The position numbers and the translations under genes were made by a program. A stretch of 64,000 nt of DNA from Ginglymostoma cirratum (taxonomy: Eukaryota): positions 69,347,286-69,411,285 of the forward strand of contig JAHRHZ010000012.1 in assembly GCA_024137785.1 (NCBI GenBank), written 5' to 3'. Position 1 is the first letter of the stretch, and every line of letters starts with the position of its first letter. The notes below the pieces were generated by a model that saw only the letters and a program-made list of their open reading frames with translations, was not told the origin of the DNA and did no database searches. Positions 24,714 to 37,005 of the stretch are shown here, one piece after another.

Positions 24714-25747
24714 TGTTGCAAAGTTGGGTAGAGTATTTGTGGATTTGGAAGGCAGGATGTTAGAATTTGATGTCTGTAAAATGATGGGGGGTTGGGGGGT
24801 GGTGAGAATAGTGTGTGGTCCCTTTAAAAGATGTTGTGTTTTTCTAGGCTTGGAGATTTTAAACAAATGGGCAGGTGTACAGCAAGCTCCTAAAATTGAA
24901 ACATTGTATCAACGGCTGTGTAGTTAACAACCCAGGCACTGGTTGTTAAGGCAAACAGTTTGAATATCAGCCAATTAATTTAAACCAGGCACTTAGAAAC
25001 TAAAAACCAATTAAATTTAAATCTGATAGTTTTGACAACCTGGGACCAATCTTATTGTAGGAAAATAATAGGTCATCAAGTGTATAAAAGAAGAGGGCAT
25101 TTGAAGATTGATGCGACAGCAAATGCTATCTGTTAGAGTTAACAACCAACAGTCCTAAAGAGAAAATCACTGACTATCACAGGAGTCTTTAAGCTCTCAG
25201 AGTAACCATCATCTGACTAAAGGTACAGCAGCCCTCTTAGCTAATATTCCTTACACAAAAATTTAATAGAAAAAGGTGCTACTGATTGAAGAACAGTGGA
25301 GAAGGCACAGAACATTCCAGAAGACATATCCTGGTTGTAATTTCAATAGATTAAATTTTAATTTATATTATTATTATTTTCATTTTTCAAAGTTGGGCTT
25401 CTATTTATTGGAACAGCATACCATTAGAATGTTGTTTTATAAGGGAATAGTTAGTACTTAAGGGGGAATTGTTCAGATTGTTAGTAGTTCTATTAGTTTG
25501 TTCACTGTTAGATAAATACATTTATCCAAGTAATATAAATAAATGACTTGTTCATTATACAGTGACTGTCAGGAGTTCATTTCATTTAACCTCTCCTTTA
25601 TAACAGATTGGAGGTGGTGGTGAGAGGCAGGTTATGCCATTTTTCACTTTTACTTTAACAGATTATGAGACAAGGTGAGCTTCTTTGGTTTTGGTTTTAG
25701 TTATCGGTTGGGTTGGGGGTTCGGCGGTCGGCCTATACTTTAGAACA
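24714..25747 (+). mobile_element. Solo LTR (Gypsy/ERV-like), 1034 bp
   Basis: TG...CA termini; 9/11 inverted ends TGTTGCAAAGT / ACTTTAGAACA; 4-bp TSD ttac/ttag; TATAAAA at about 25083 and AATAAA at about 25538. Confidence 0.75.
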
Positions 25748-25831
25748 TTAGTAAACTAATAACTAGAATAAGCAGATGTCATATAAGGAAAGGTTGGACA
25801 GGCTTGTTCTGTATCCCTGAAGATGTCTCAT

Positions 25832-26122
25832 GGGTGGCACGGTGGCTCAGTGGTTAGCACTGCTGCCTCACAGCACCAGGGACCCAGATTTGATGCAACC
25901 CTTGGGTGACTGTCTGTGTGGAGTTCGTACATTCTCCCTGTGTCTGCTCGGGTTTCCTCCCACAGTCCAAAGATTTGCAGGTAAGGTGGATTGGCCTTGC
26001 TAAATTGCCCATAGTGGACAGGGATGTGTAGGTTAGGGGGATGGGTCTGGGTGGGATGTCTGAGGGCTTGTTGGGCTGAAGGGCCTGTTTCCACACTGTA
26101 TGGATGCTATGACCTTCTATGA
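25832..26122 (+). mobile_element. HE1 V-SINE
   Basis: gggtggcacggtggctcagtggttagcactgctgcctcacagc...gggcctgtttccacactgta. Confidence 0.92.
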
Positions 26123-26559
26123 TTGAAATGCATACAGTGTTGCGAGGTTTTGACAGGTTGGATGCGGAAAGGATGTTTCCAGCGGGGTGTTGCTCATTTA
26201 GAACCCTCAGCCTTTGGAACGCTCTTCATGAAAATGTAGTAAGAGCATAGTCCTTGAATAGATCATTTCTTGTGAAGCCAGGGGACGAAAGATTGCCAGA
26301 GGTGTGTGAAAATGTGGACTTGGTCTTGCAAACAGGCCAGACATAATCATAGTGAATGACAAAGTAGGCTCAAGGGGCCGAACGGTCCACTCCCCCATCT
26401 AAGTTATATGTGTGTACATACTTAGGTAAGAAGAGACCTTTCATAAGGTCAAAGACATAAGGAATTCTGAACAAGTTTTGGCCCACTATAATCTATCCTG
26501 CAGATGCCTTCAACGTACAGATATTGGAACAGTTTTCTAACAAGAATCACCAGAGCAAT

Positions 26560-27080
26560 GCAGAAAATCAGTATATTGTGCAACCCGAGCCTAATGTGAT
26601 ATCCCTTACTACATCCAGAATACATCCATGTACCTGGCGGGCTGTTAAAAGGACTTGGGTAAAATTTACCTTTTCAGTATTACAGCATCGTGGCAGCCAG
26701 CACAAAAGCATGAACAGACGTGCAGAAATGTTTTTGTGCATTCACACACGACTTTGTCAGAGATGGAATGGTAACCATCCCTGTTCGGAATTGTGTCAGG
26801 TTTGTCCAACCAGGACCTGGGGAAGGTAATATTGATGAAAAACTCATTGCAGTCTCACAAGCACAAAGTGCATCTGTCAGGAAGCCAATGAATTGCAAAG
26901 AAAACATCCATGAAGGTGTAGCGTCAGTGGTGAGAACCAACTGAGATATTCTGCAAAGGTCAGCAACAGCGTAATAAGCTGAAGTCTGTATTGGCTCCAG
27001 TCACCTTCTGTGCTACCACCAAAGTCTGTCAGAGTTACTCTGTTTGTTGTCACTAAGGAAAGCACAGAGATAGTTCACTA
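26560..27080 (-). pseudogene. PIF/Harbinger transposase remnant
   Basis: Minus-strand pieces in the expected order: ADLCRISQ, LTDAL, FP.VLG-like, FLHVC, CHDAVIL. Confidence 0.6.
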
Positions 27081-27737
27081 TCTGCTTGGACTGTAAGGGC
27101 TGCATGGACATGTCCAGGTAAAGAAGCCTAAAGCCAGGGCATTATCTGCTTCTCATCCCTGTCCTTCAAACCTAAGGTTTGACCTCTTGTTGCCCAGTGA
27201 TCATCATCATGTCTCACACAGCTGCTGCAACATGGATTCGAGAACCTGCAGATGCAATGGAGCTGCACATATATCCAGTAGCTGCATTCTTTTCTTCCGG
27301 AATATTTCCTGGGAGACTGACTGAACACACCAGTGGTTTTAAGCTGTCCCTGACCTGTTAATGAGTGCACCCTGTATCTTTGCTCACCTCCCATGTACAA
27401 CTCCACCACTTTCCTTTCCAGCTCATGTTAAATAAAAACATACTGATTACTTGGGCACTATTCAGAGTAGGTCTGCCTTGAAAGTAGCCTCCCAAACCTT
27501 GCTTACTGTACTGTGCTGCCATGATTTTGAAAACTTTCTAGGTCTTTCATAATTTGGAGTATTGCTTTAGTGATTAACTTAATAGCATATCAATTGTTTC
27601 CAACTGTGTATGCGGGCTGTCAACCATTCCCCTTTCCCATGTCACAGCTAATGTCCAGCATTGGAAAAAGGGTTGTGATTTCTGCATTCACACCCTCACC
27701 ACCACTCTTGACCCCACCCAAGTTCGATCCTGTGTCT

Positions 27738-27777
27738 AGATTTCTGATGAAGGGTTTAGGCCCGAAACGTCAAGTTT
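27738..27777 (+). ncRNA. Intact type I minimal hammerhead
   Basis: AGATTT CTGATGA A GGGT-TTAG-GCCC GAAAC GTC AAGTTT. Confidence 0.8.
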
Positions 27778-27838
27778 TCCTGCTCCTATGATGCTGCTTG
27801 ACCTGCTGTGTTCATCCAGCCCCATGCTTGTTATCTTA
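27741..27838 (+). mobile_element. Penelope pLTR fragment (family B)
   Basis: HHR followed by ttttcctgctcc..gatgctgcttgacctgctgtgttcatccagc. Confidence 0.82.
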
Positions 27839-28659
27839 GAGTGCAAATAAGTTGACTTTTGACTTATGCAAACTGAATTCTGGCTATTTTATGTCATTTG
27901 TTTAAAACTTTATTCTGGTTTAATTGCACATCACCCTGTATCTTCCCAAAGAAATATGAAATGTACCATTATTATATTAAGCTGGAACCTATTATCCATT
28001 CCAGTAAGAACATTTATAATATAATTCAGCTGTGAGACATCATGAAGGAGAGTACGACTTTTACTTTGTTTTTCATAGTTGAGCAACTAGTTCTTTATTA
28101 TAAAATGCATGCACATATAAATTGATAACAATGAGATTGGGAGCTATTCTTTAATTAACAATGTGCTCCGAATATGGAATTATAATTGGACAAGCTTTAT
28201 CCACTATGTCAATGATTTTAAAAGTATAACCATGATTGCACACCACTGCATTTACATTGCAATGGGTGAGGAAATTTAATATTGAATATGACTTTTCTGT
28301 CATTTTGTGCAAAAGAATCTGAATCCTTCGTTACCATTCAACCTTTAAAAATAAGAGGTTCGAAGTTATCCTCAATTTAATACTTAGGAGGTCACTCAAA
28401 AATGTTCATCAGGTAACTGTTGCCTCAGTGCAAACAAAAAAATGCATAAAGATGATGGCATTCATGTAAGAATGTCCATTTTTACCATGTTGTGAGGCAA
28501 CTAACAAAGGTAAAGAATTCCTCTGCATTTTAATGTCATTGTAAATAGAGGATTATGCATTTTTTCACAACTATTTATTGCAAAATTTTAAACAAGGATG
28601 ATTATGGGGTTAAGTTGAGTTAACCCTAAATGTAAACTCGGAGATCTGAATGAGTGAAT

Positions 28660-30125
28660 ATGATCATGCAAACAAGGGACAAGTGCAGGCCACTCAGTCC
28701 TTCACACCTGCTTCACCAATAATAAGGTCATGGCTGATCTGAATTCAACCTCAACTCTGTTCCTGCATATCCTTGATAATCTTTCATCCCCTTGGTAATC
28801 AAGAATCTATCTCCATCTGCCTTAAAAATATTGAAAAAAGTCTGCATTCATTGGGCTTTGAAAAAGGGAATTCCAGAGACTCACAACCTTCTGTATTTTT
28901 CCTCAGCACTGACTTAAATGGGTGACCTCTTATTTTTAAGCTATGACCCCTAATTCTAGATTACTCCACAAAAGGAAATATCCTTTCCACATCCACATAG
29001 TCAATCCTCTCAAGATATATGTTTTAATTATGTCACGTCTGACTCCTGTAAATTCCAGAGAATACAAACCTAGTCTGTCTAGCCTGTCCTCGTAATGCAA
29101 TCCACCCATTCAAAGTTCATCAGATAAACCTTCACTGAACTGCCTTGAATACTTTAACATCCTGCTCTATGCATGATGAGCAGGACTCCAGATGCAGTCT
29201 CACTTAAGTCCTGTAAAACTGAGGCATAACCTCCATAGTCTTGCATTCAATTCTGCTCACAATAAAACATTACATTCTATTAGTTTTTTTGATTACTGCT
29301 GTACCTGTATACTAACCTGCTTTGTTTCATGCACTAGGACACTTCAGGTCTCTCTGTACCACAGACCTCTGCAACCTCTCACCATTTAGATAATAAGCTT
29401 TTTTAAAATTCTTTCTTCCAAAATGAACAATTCCACACTTTCCCTCATTTTACTCCATTTGCCCGATCTTTGCCCACTCATTAGCCTTTCGATCTTCATT
29501 TGTAGGCTTCTAACGTCCTCTTCAAAACTAGCTTTCCTACCAATCTTTGCGTCATCCGCAAAGTTAACTAGCATACTCCCAGTCCCTTCATGCAGATACG
29601 TTATATAAATTGCAAAAATTTGAAGCCCCAGCATCGACCCATGTGGCACACCACTCACAGTATCCTACCAGGCTCAAAAGTACCTGCTTAGCCTGACACT
29701 GTACTTCCTGTTAACCAGCCAATCTTCTATCCATACCAATATGTTATCCCCTAAACCATGATCTTTTTATTACCTTCAATAGCCTTTGATGTGGCACCTT
29801 GTCAAATGCCTTCTGGAAATCTACATCCACTAGTTCCCCCATATAGAATCATAGAATCCTATTCGGACCATCAAGTCCACACTGACCCTCCGAAAAGCAT
29901 CCCACCAGACCCACCCCCCAATCCAATCTCTGCAACCCTGAATTTCTTCTGGGTAATCCACCTAATCTGCACGTCTTTACCCGCAGCATAAGTTAAGGAA
30001 CTTCAGTACATTAGTTAAACATGATTTCCCTCTCAAGAGACAATGTTGGCTCTGCCTGATTACCTCAAACTTATCCAAGTGCCCTGTTATAATATTTTTA
30101 ACAATAGCCTCTAACATTTTTCCAT
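28660..30125 (-). mobile_element. CR1 LINE RT and 3' fragment
   Basis: ORF 29386..29658 SGVPHGSMLG..NFADDAKIG; ORF 29977..30210 SQHCLLRGKSCLTN. Confidence 0.88.
29843..29975 (-). mobile_element. HE1 SINE 3' fragment nested in CR1
   Basis: tagaatcatagaatcc...aatccacctaatctgcacgtcttt. Confidence 0.7.
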
Positions 30126-30379
30126 GGTTGTTCATTGTCCAGGCAACATAGTAAATTTGGGATGCATGAACTTTTATATCACTGCTTTTTGCAGTCAGCA
30201 CTATACACACTGTTCATTGGTTGCATACATCAGTAAGGGACCTAATATCACAGCTGGCATGACTTTAAAGCAGCCTACAGCTCTTAAAGGGGAGAAGCAG
30301 TCTGGCTGCAAGAAATGGTGAGACTCATTTGAAAATTGAATGTGTGCTCAGATACTTCAAGCTATGGCTGAACATGCAA

Positions 30380-30665
30380 GGAAAAGTACATTAAATTTCT
30401 CAGATATTGCAACAGAGGCCCTATTGGAGGCCTTGTTAGAGAGACAGCCTGCATCTGTCGTGGTGGGGATAACAGATCAGAAAGGCAGCAAATAACTGAA
30501 AGGAGGGAAGGATAAAAGAATGTCTGACTGTTTAAACTCCCACGAAGGACTGTCTCTGAGCCTGTGGCCACTAATAGGATGAAGTCACTAATGATGTAAC
30601 TGCAAACCTAATCTTCCTACTTTCTACCTATCACATCTGGCTGAGAAATCATGTTCTTCAGTGAG
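30380..30665 (+). pseudogene. Harbinger Myb/SANT-like gene remnant (N-terminus)
   Basis: TTC TCA GAT ATT GCA ACA GAG GCC CTA TTG GAG GCC = FSDIATEALLEALLERQ, resembling the FSD..LEAL motif. Confidence 0.45.
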
Positions 30666-31696
30666 CAATCAAATGGGACGGGAATGTTATGGAAATGTGC
30701 CTTCAGTGATGATCCTTTGTTCAAAGTCACTCAATGCTTTCTCCAGCAGAATTAGAAAGAGTGAGCCTACTAGAAGTCTCCCTTTGCTTCTGACTGCCCC
30801 CCTTCTCTTCCCTATGAACCCTCATTTCATGATGGTCCACAATGTTCTCCTTAAATTTGACATTCAAGTAAAGGAGCCATACAAAGTTTAAATGCAGTTT
30901 TAGAGAAAGGAAAATTGTGCCAAAAGCCAAGGAACTTAAATTTATATGGTCTTTACATTTTCATTGAAAGCAAAATCTCTCTAGAGTTGATTTACTGATA
31001 GCAATGTGAGTGAAAAATGAATTACTTCCTAAGGTCCTTACCTGCACCTTGTGAATGGGTACTTAGAGCTATACAACTACTGTTAGTTACAGCACTAGTA
31101 AAACTTCTAGGTTAATGTTAGAGCAGCAGGTTTTTTGAAGCATCAACACTACATACAGTCTTGTTTCTGTTTTTTGGCGGGCTTTACTCTGTTAAAAATG
31201 GAGCAAGTTATATATATGCTAAGAAGGGCACGAAGTGGTTGTGTCATCTTATAGAGGAGAGCTGGAGAGCAACCATTGATGTCCAATCTGGCTCTCAGAA
31301 ATTGAAGAAAAAGTTTCCTGTCAATAACAATGACATAAAGTGACTGCTGATATTAACAGAACAATGAGGCTGGAAACTGTCCTTTATGTTCTAAAGAACA
31401 GTAATGATTAAATGATTTCCAAGACACAACAGGTGGACAGGATTTTCTTTTTAGTGTTGACTTTACTTGCAGAAATATAATAGTTTGTGGCCACTTGTGG
31501 ACTGAGCTTCTGTTCTATGCTTGTTATAAATATTCACTGGTAAAATTGCAACACAGAGAAATGTAAGCTGTTACTTTCATACTAAGTTGTGATGTGGATG
31601 TCTAAGGCAGACTGTGGGATACACCACAACACAGAGTCGCCAAGCAGAGGCTGATAGCGAAGTTTTGTACCCATGAGGACGGCCTCAAACGGGATC

Positions 31697-31925
31697 TAGA
31701 ACATAGAACATTGAACATTGAACATAGAACATTACAACGCAGTACAGGCCCTTCGGCCCTCGATGTTGCGCCGACCTGTGAAACCAATCTGAAGCCCATC
31801 TAATCTACACTATTCCGTTATCATCCATATGTTTGTCCAACGACAACTTAAATGCCCTTAAATTTGGTGAGTCTACAACTGCTGCAGGCAAGGCATTCCA
31901 TGCCCTTACTACTCTCTGAGTAAAG
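31697..31925 (-). mobile_element. Young CR1 3' end with (TAGAACA)n tail nested in Penelope
   Basis: agaacatagaaca..cagtacaggcccttcggccctcgatgttgcgccgacc. Confidence 0.85.
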
Positions 31926-32008
31926 AGAGTTCATGTCGCATGACGGGTGACCCCACTACACTATACACTCTCACATGTGCACACATTCATACACATTCTC
32001 TCTCTCTT

Positions 32009-32053
<45 letters not shown>

Positions 32054-32479
32054 CACACGCACACACACAAATATCCATGAGGCAAATTTGCATTTGCAAA
32101 TTTGTAACTGCAGATACATCCTGTTTTGTTTATAAAGCACATAATTTGTAGACAGTCAACGTGTCATTTTATAAATTCCTACTTTGGAAATAAAACGAGT
32201 CTGACTCCAAGTTGATACACAGTCAGATTCTAAACAAGGCTTCACGCTTAAAATGCATTATCTGACCTGGGATGTCATCCCTGGTATACTAAGGGAACGA
32301 ATAAAACCTTGAGTTATCTCCAGGCAGTGACCTGAAAGAAATTCAGGAATTTGCATATTAATCCTTTCTAACTGATTAAAGATTTAACAGCCATCTTAGG
32401 TTTGTTCAACACAACATCAGTTCTATGACCCTTTGATATCTTGCTTATAAATTCCGTGTGTGATGCCACCTCTCTTACT

Positions 32480-32518
32480 GACACCTGAAGAAGGAGTGAG
32501 ACTCCAAAAGCTTGTGTC
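32480..32518 (+). ncRNA. Hammerhead motif (family C), single G12-to-A change
   Basis: GACAC CTGAAGA A GGAGT-GAG-ACTCC AAAAG CTT GTGTC. Confidence 0.75.
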
Positions 32519-33494
32519 TTCAAATAAACCCTGTTGGATTACAACTTGGTGTTGTGTGATTTTTGATCATATTAGGTTGATAAGTGCAAATAATGATGTG
32601 GATGTGTCAATATCAGGCCATAATTTTAGACTGAGTTTTCATTTTTGAATAGCTACAATGTGGACATTATGTACCACATGACAATACTCTTCCCACATTT
32701 GCAGTGGCCTTTTCGATCTGTTTACATAGCACAAATTCTGGACTATGTTCAAAGCTTTCTAGATTGGAGAAAACAGCATGAAAGTTTCAGCCACAAGCTT
32801 GAAATAGGCTTGTGATTTCTTCACTCACCCCAGAAGTAGAAATATGGTAAAAAGGAGCAGACCACACCCGTAACATGGCTCATGGGGAATTATCAGGTTG
32901 CAGTATGCAGTATGCATTATTTTCTACGTGTAATTCCATTTTATTTGTTTTTCCTGCCTTTCTCCTTGCTTTCATACTCCTTGATTGTTCTCCCTTCTTT
33001 TGGTCCTGACTTTGTCGATTTTCTATCTTTTATCTCATCTTCTCTTGTTATCTTTTACCAAAGAACAAAAAAAATCAGAGTAAGAAAGACCACATTTGTT
33101 TTTCAATGGTTCAGATTAAAACACCAATTTAACTAAAAGGCTTATGGTTTTATTAAGGGAGACAATGGTGAGAAAACCCCACCTCCACTATTTAACATTT
33201 TATTGAACAATACAGAGGAGGAAAATTGCTGGAATTTATCAGCATGGTCATAAAGATGCACTACAGAATTCTAAAACAAGTGGTGAAGAAATATTGGTGT
33301 CATATATGACTCCCAATAAAATGCTCATTCATTTTTGTACTAGCATCAGACCAAATATGTATGAGGAACTAGGGATGTGTGAGATGGGTGCCAATGTAGT
33401 GGTGGGGAAACCCAGAAGAACAATTGATCCAAAGATCTTGGGATGTGAACATTTTTGGCACCATTTTGATTTTTTTGCAAATAACTTTTAATTA

Positions 33495-33842
33495 TTCATT
33501 CACAGGATGAGGAAGTTGCTGACTAGGCAGCATTTATTGCCCATCTCTAATTGCCCAGAGCGCAGTTAAGAGTCAACCACATTGCTGTGGGTCTGGAGTC
33601 ACATGTAGGCCAGGTGACAATGGCAGTTTCCTTCCCTAAAATACATTAGTGAATCAGATGCGTTTTTCCCGACTATCGGCAATAGATTCATAGTCATCCT
33701 TAGACTCTTAATTCCAGTTTTTTTTAAAAAAATTAATTCAAATACCACCATCTGCCATTGATTTGAACCTGGGTCCCCAGAACTTTGTCTGGGTCTCTGG
33801 ATTAACAGTCCAGTGATAATGCCACTAAGTCATCACCTGCCC
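33495..33842 (-). mobile_element. Shark tRNA-derived SINE with a LINE-derived tail
   Basis: Minus: head ..tagtggcattatcactggactgttaatccagagacccag..ggttcaaatc; tail gggcaattagagatgggcaataaatgctg. Confidence 0.85.
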
Positions 33843-33919
33843 CATCACCTAGGTGTTCTTGAGAAGGTGGTAGTGAGCCACATTCCTGAACTATTGCAGT
33901 CCGCAAAATAAAATTGTAG

Positions 33920-34215
33920 GATCATAAAATGTAGGAACAGAAGGAGGCCATTAACTAAGGTCATTGTTGATCTGACTGTAGACCTAACTTCGCTTTCCTG
34001 CCTACTCCCCTGATAGACCTTGGCTCTCTTGTACATCAGAAGCCAACCCAACTCAGCTTTGAATACATTTAATGATCCAGTTTCCTCTTTGCTCTTTATG
34101 GAAACAGAATTCCAAAACTAATGAAAGAAGAAATCTTTCCAAACCTCAGTCTTAAATGGGAAGCCCCTGATTATAAAACTGCACCCCTTAGTTTGAGATT
34201 CTTCAACGAGGGGAA
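33920..34215 (-). mobile_element. CR1 3' fragment
   Basis: taggaacagaaggaggccat..gaattccaaa..tcagtcttaaatggg. Confidence 0.7.
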
Positions 34216-35674
34216 ACATGAGGCAAATTCTTATCCTGATTTTGGAAGTGGGAAGCATGGAAGCAGGAGAGTTTATTTATGTGGAGGCCAAAGATCTGCT
34301 TCCCAGCAGTAGGGAGAAACTATGAAGTTATGGGGCTGGATGTTACGTGGACAATAGGATCAGGGAGGCAGATCATTCTGCCCCTCTGGCTTGCTGTACT
34401 TTTTAATAATGGTTGTGCTGTGGGTGGGTCAAGTAAAATTAGTTGGCTGTCTAGCCTACCATCTTGTCACTATCCCCCGCATTCACTCCCATAATATAGA
34501 GGGTAGGCAGGTGCTGAACGTAGCAGCCTGTCTACTATCTGTAAATAAATAACTAGTTTTCAATTATTAATATTACCAGTTGGTGTGGAGAGGTGGGCAG
34601 TTGATTTTTTAAAAACAGTTTTTAAATGGGGGAGAGAAAGGAGGTTTGCCAAGCTCAGCTCATCAAGCTAAGTGCATTGCTAGTGATAATATAATATATC
34701 TTCTTCAGACCATGTTCCCACGACCAAGTGGTCTTGAATGAGCCCTTCTTTCTAGGCTCTGTTTTGGAAATTATCCATGAGGCTGTATCAGCTGTTCATA
34801 AAATAATTAATGTTTTCTCCTGGCTCTTGGTTACACCAATTAAACTTTGCCAGGTCAACATTGAGGTTTTGGCTTAAAATAAAAAGGGTCAGGCGCCCTG
34901 ATTATATCATTATATGTTACATTTTCTTCTGCTATACCTTGGGACTGTCACTGAAAGCATTCAATGAACTGACTTGATCTTTGTCTGGCTTGAGTCCTGA
35001 AACAGTATGATACCTGCTAAAGCATCAGAGCCATGGTACCCAATGCATGGCCTGGGTCAGTTCCTCTCTGCGTCCCAGAGGGTCTAGTAAAAGCAAAGCT
35101 TTTATATTATCTGTATTTACCATGTGGGTTTTTACTATTATGCTGCCTCCCTCTCTTGTGTGATTATTCCACTGACAAATTTTCATATTTACAGGAATTT
35201 ATTGCTCACTGATGAAGCTTTTCTGATTGCACACCACAATCCATGTTGTGGATTTCTTCCATGCTTTTTTCAGTTTTTCCATGGACTTTCTCTTCAGTGA
35301 ACATGAACAGGCTTTTTTTAAACATAACTATACACAAAGGATGTTGAGAGAGACATCTTTTGGAACCATACAGATTCAGAATTCCGTTCCATGTGACCTG
35401 ACAAATTCTGATATAGCTGTTTACATACATGCTCAGTAGTTGCTCTTCAAATAAAGTTGTAGTTAACCTTTTACTCTACAGACTGGACAGTGCAATTTGA
35501 TAAATATGAGTTTCTGCTCAGAAAACTGTTGGACAGCCCTTCCAGCTTTGGTGTAAGTGCTCAGATATTAAGGAGGAAGACTATTCTCGGTCAACTGTGT
35601 GTGTCCTTTGCTCTTTTTGATGCCTTGGCCAATGGTGGGTGCTCAATCTAATTTTCTTCTTTTTGACTTGTTTT

Positions 35675-35925
35675 TAGCAGTTTGCTATGACTGAGTGGCA
35701 AACTAGATCATTTCAGAGGGCAATTGCGAGTCATTGACTTGGTATGGATTTGGAGTCACTTGTAGTACATACCAACTAAGGATGGCAGATTTCCTTCCTT
35801 AAAGAACATTTGTGAACGAGATAGGTTCAGAAAACAATCTGATATTTCATGGTTACCAGTACTCAGAATAACGTTTCATTCCAGATGTATCAATCATTTG
35901 AACCTGAATTCCACCACCTGCCAAA
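35675..35925 (-). mobile_element. Decayed copy of the 33495 SINE family
   Basis: catttcagagggcaattg..ggagtcact..aaggatggcagatttccttcc. Confidence 0.65.
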
Positions 35926-36619
35926 CATCACACGGACTGCCTCATCTGGAGTTGGAAAACTTTTCACGGCAGTTCAGAAAGTCAACTTCCCATGTCATAA
36001 TAAAATACTGTGTAAGTTGAATATGCTTTTCGAGAATAGTGTAGCTGGGCTGCACTGGGAGAGAGGAAGAAATGGCAAGAATGGGAAATTGTCCACTTTG
36101 CACTTTCTGCTTCAAAGATGAAAGTCAGTCCCTTTATCTCTTTTCTAAATTTGACACTGAATCACCAAACTTCATTGACAGTGGAAATATAGTGGATAAA
36201 GAAAGGCGAGGACTGTTGAACAATTCACAGCTTGTCCACATAGTCAAACTTGTTAACCCTTTCAACAATTGGACCTTATGTTCCCTGCACTTTGATGACC
36301 TCTGTTCTTTCCAAGCCTACTCCACTTTAATCATCTCTATGATTCCCCTGTTAACTCCTTTCCTTTTTTCCAAGCTTTGTTCCCTCCTAGACTCCTTATT
36401 ATTCAGAGTCCCTTTATCAATCCCAGCCTTGATTCAAAGCCTGTAACCCCCCTTTTCACTGAGTGCTGCAAGCCTGCTCATCTGGTAGCATCCCAGATCC
36501 TCTGTCCACTGGGTACATTTGGGAAACAGATCCCAAAAATGGTAATTAAAGCCAGCAAATGATATTTCATCAGTAACTCATTGAGTATCCCCACAGACAT
36601 TCCATAGTGTTCTAGGTCC

Positions 36620-37005
36620 AATGCCTTCAACATGTGGTCAGAAATGGGAATGTTCATTGATAATTGCTGTGTTTAGAAAATGATGCAGCCCTTGCCAGAA
36701 TGTAACAAGACCTAGATAACATTCAAGCTTGTATGAATAAGTGGCAGGAAAAGGTTATGCCTTGAAGTGCCAGGTAATGTCCATTTCAGACAAGAGAGAA
36801 TCTATCCCACACCCTGTGACCTTTGACAGCCTAACCATCTGTAACCATCCACATCATAAACATTGAGGAAGAGGTTACCACTGGTCAGAAATTTAACTTG
36901 ACAGACTGTACAAGTAGTTTGACAGCAACAGCATATCAAGGGCTGGGAATTTTGCAGTGAATGTTCTGCCTCCTAACTCCCTAAAGCCTGTCCACCTTTC
37001 ACAAC
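36620..37005 (+). mobile_element. CR1/L2-group LINE RT fragment
   Basis: GMFIDNC..QDLDNIQA..KW...KCQVM motifs. Confidence 0.6.

Larger units (their letters stand above)
23870..26395 (+). mobile_element. CR1 LINE RT region interrupted by a solo LTR and an HE1 SINE
   Basis: GKSCLTNLLVFFEE..DALYLDF..FDKVPH..KFA; resumes at 25752 and 26125. Confidence 0.85.
31600..32570 (+). mobile_element. Penelope 3' fragment (family C): GIY-YIG C-terminus, (CA)n and pLTR
   Basis: QRLIAKFCTHEDGLKRDL, interrupted by CR1, then FMSH; (CA)n at 32015-32070; HHR at 32480. Confidence 0.85.

Noticed and set aside
35195-35440. Terminal coding exon on the minus strand (AATAAA after the ORF)
   Set aside because: Weak acceptor, unrecognisable peptide and no partner exons
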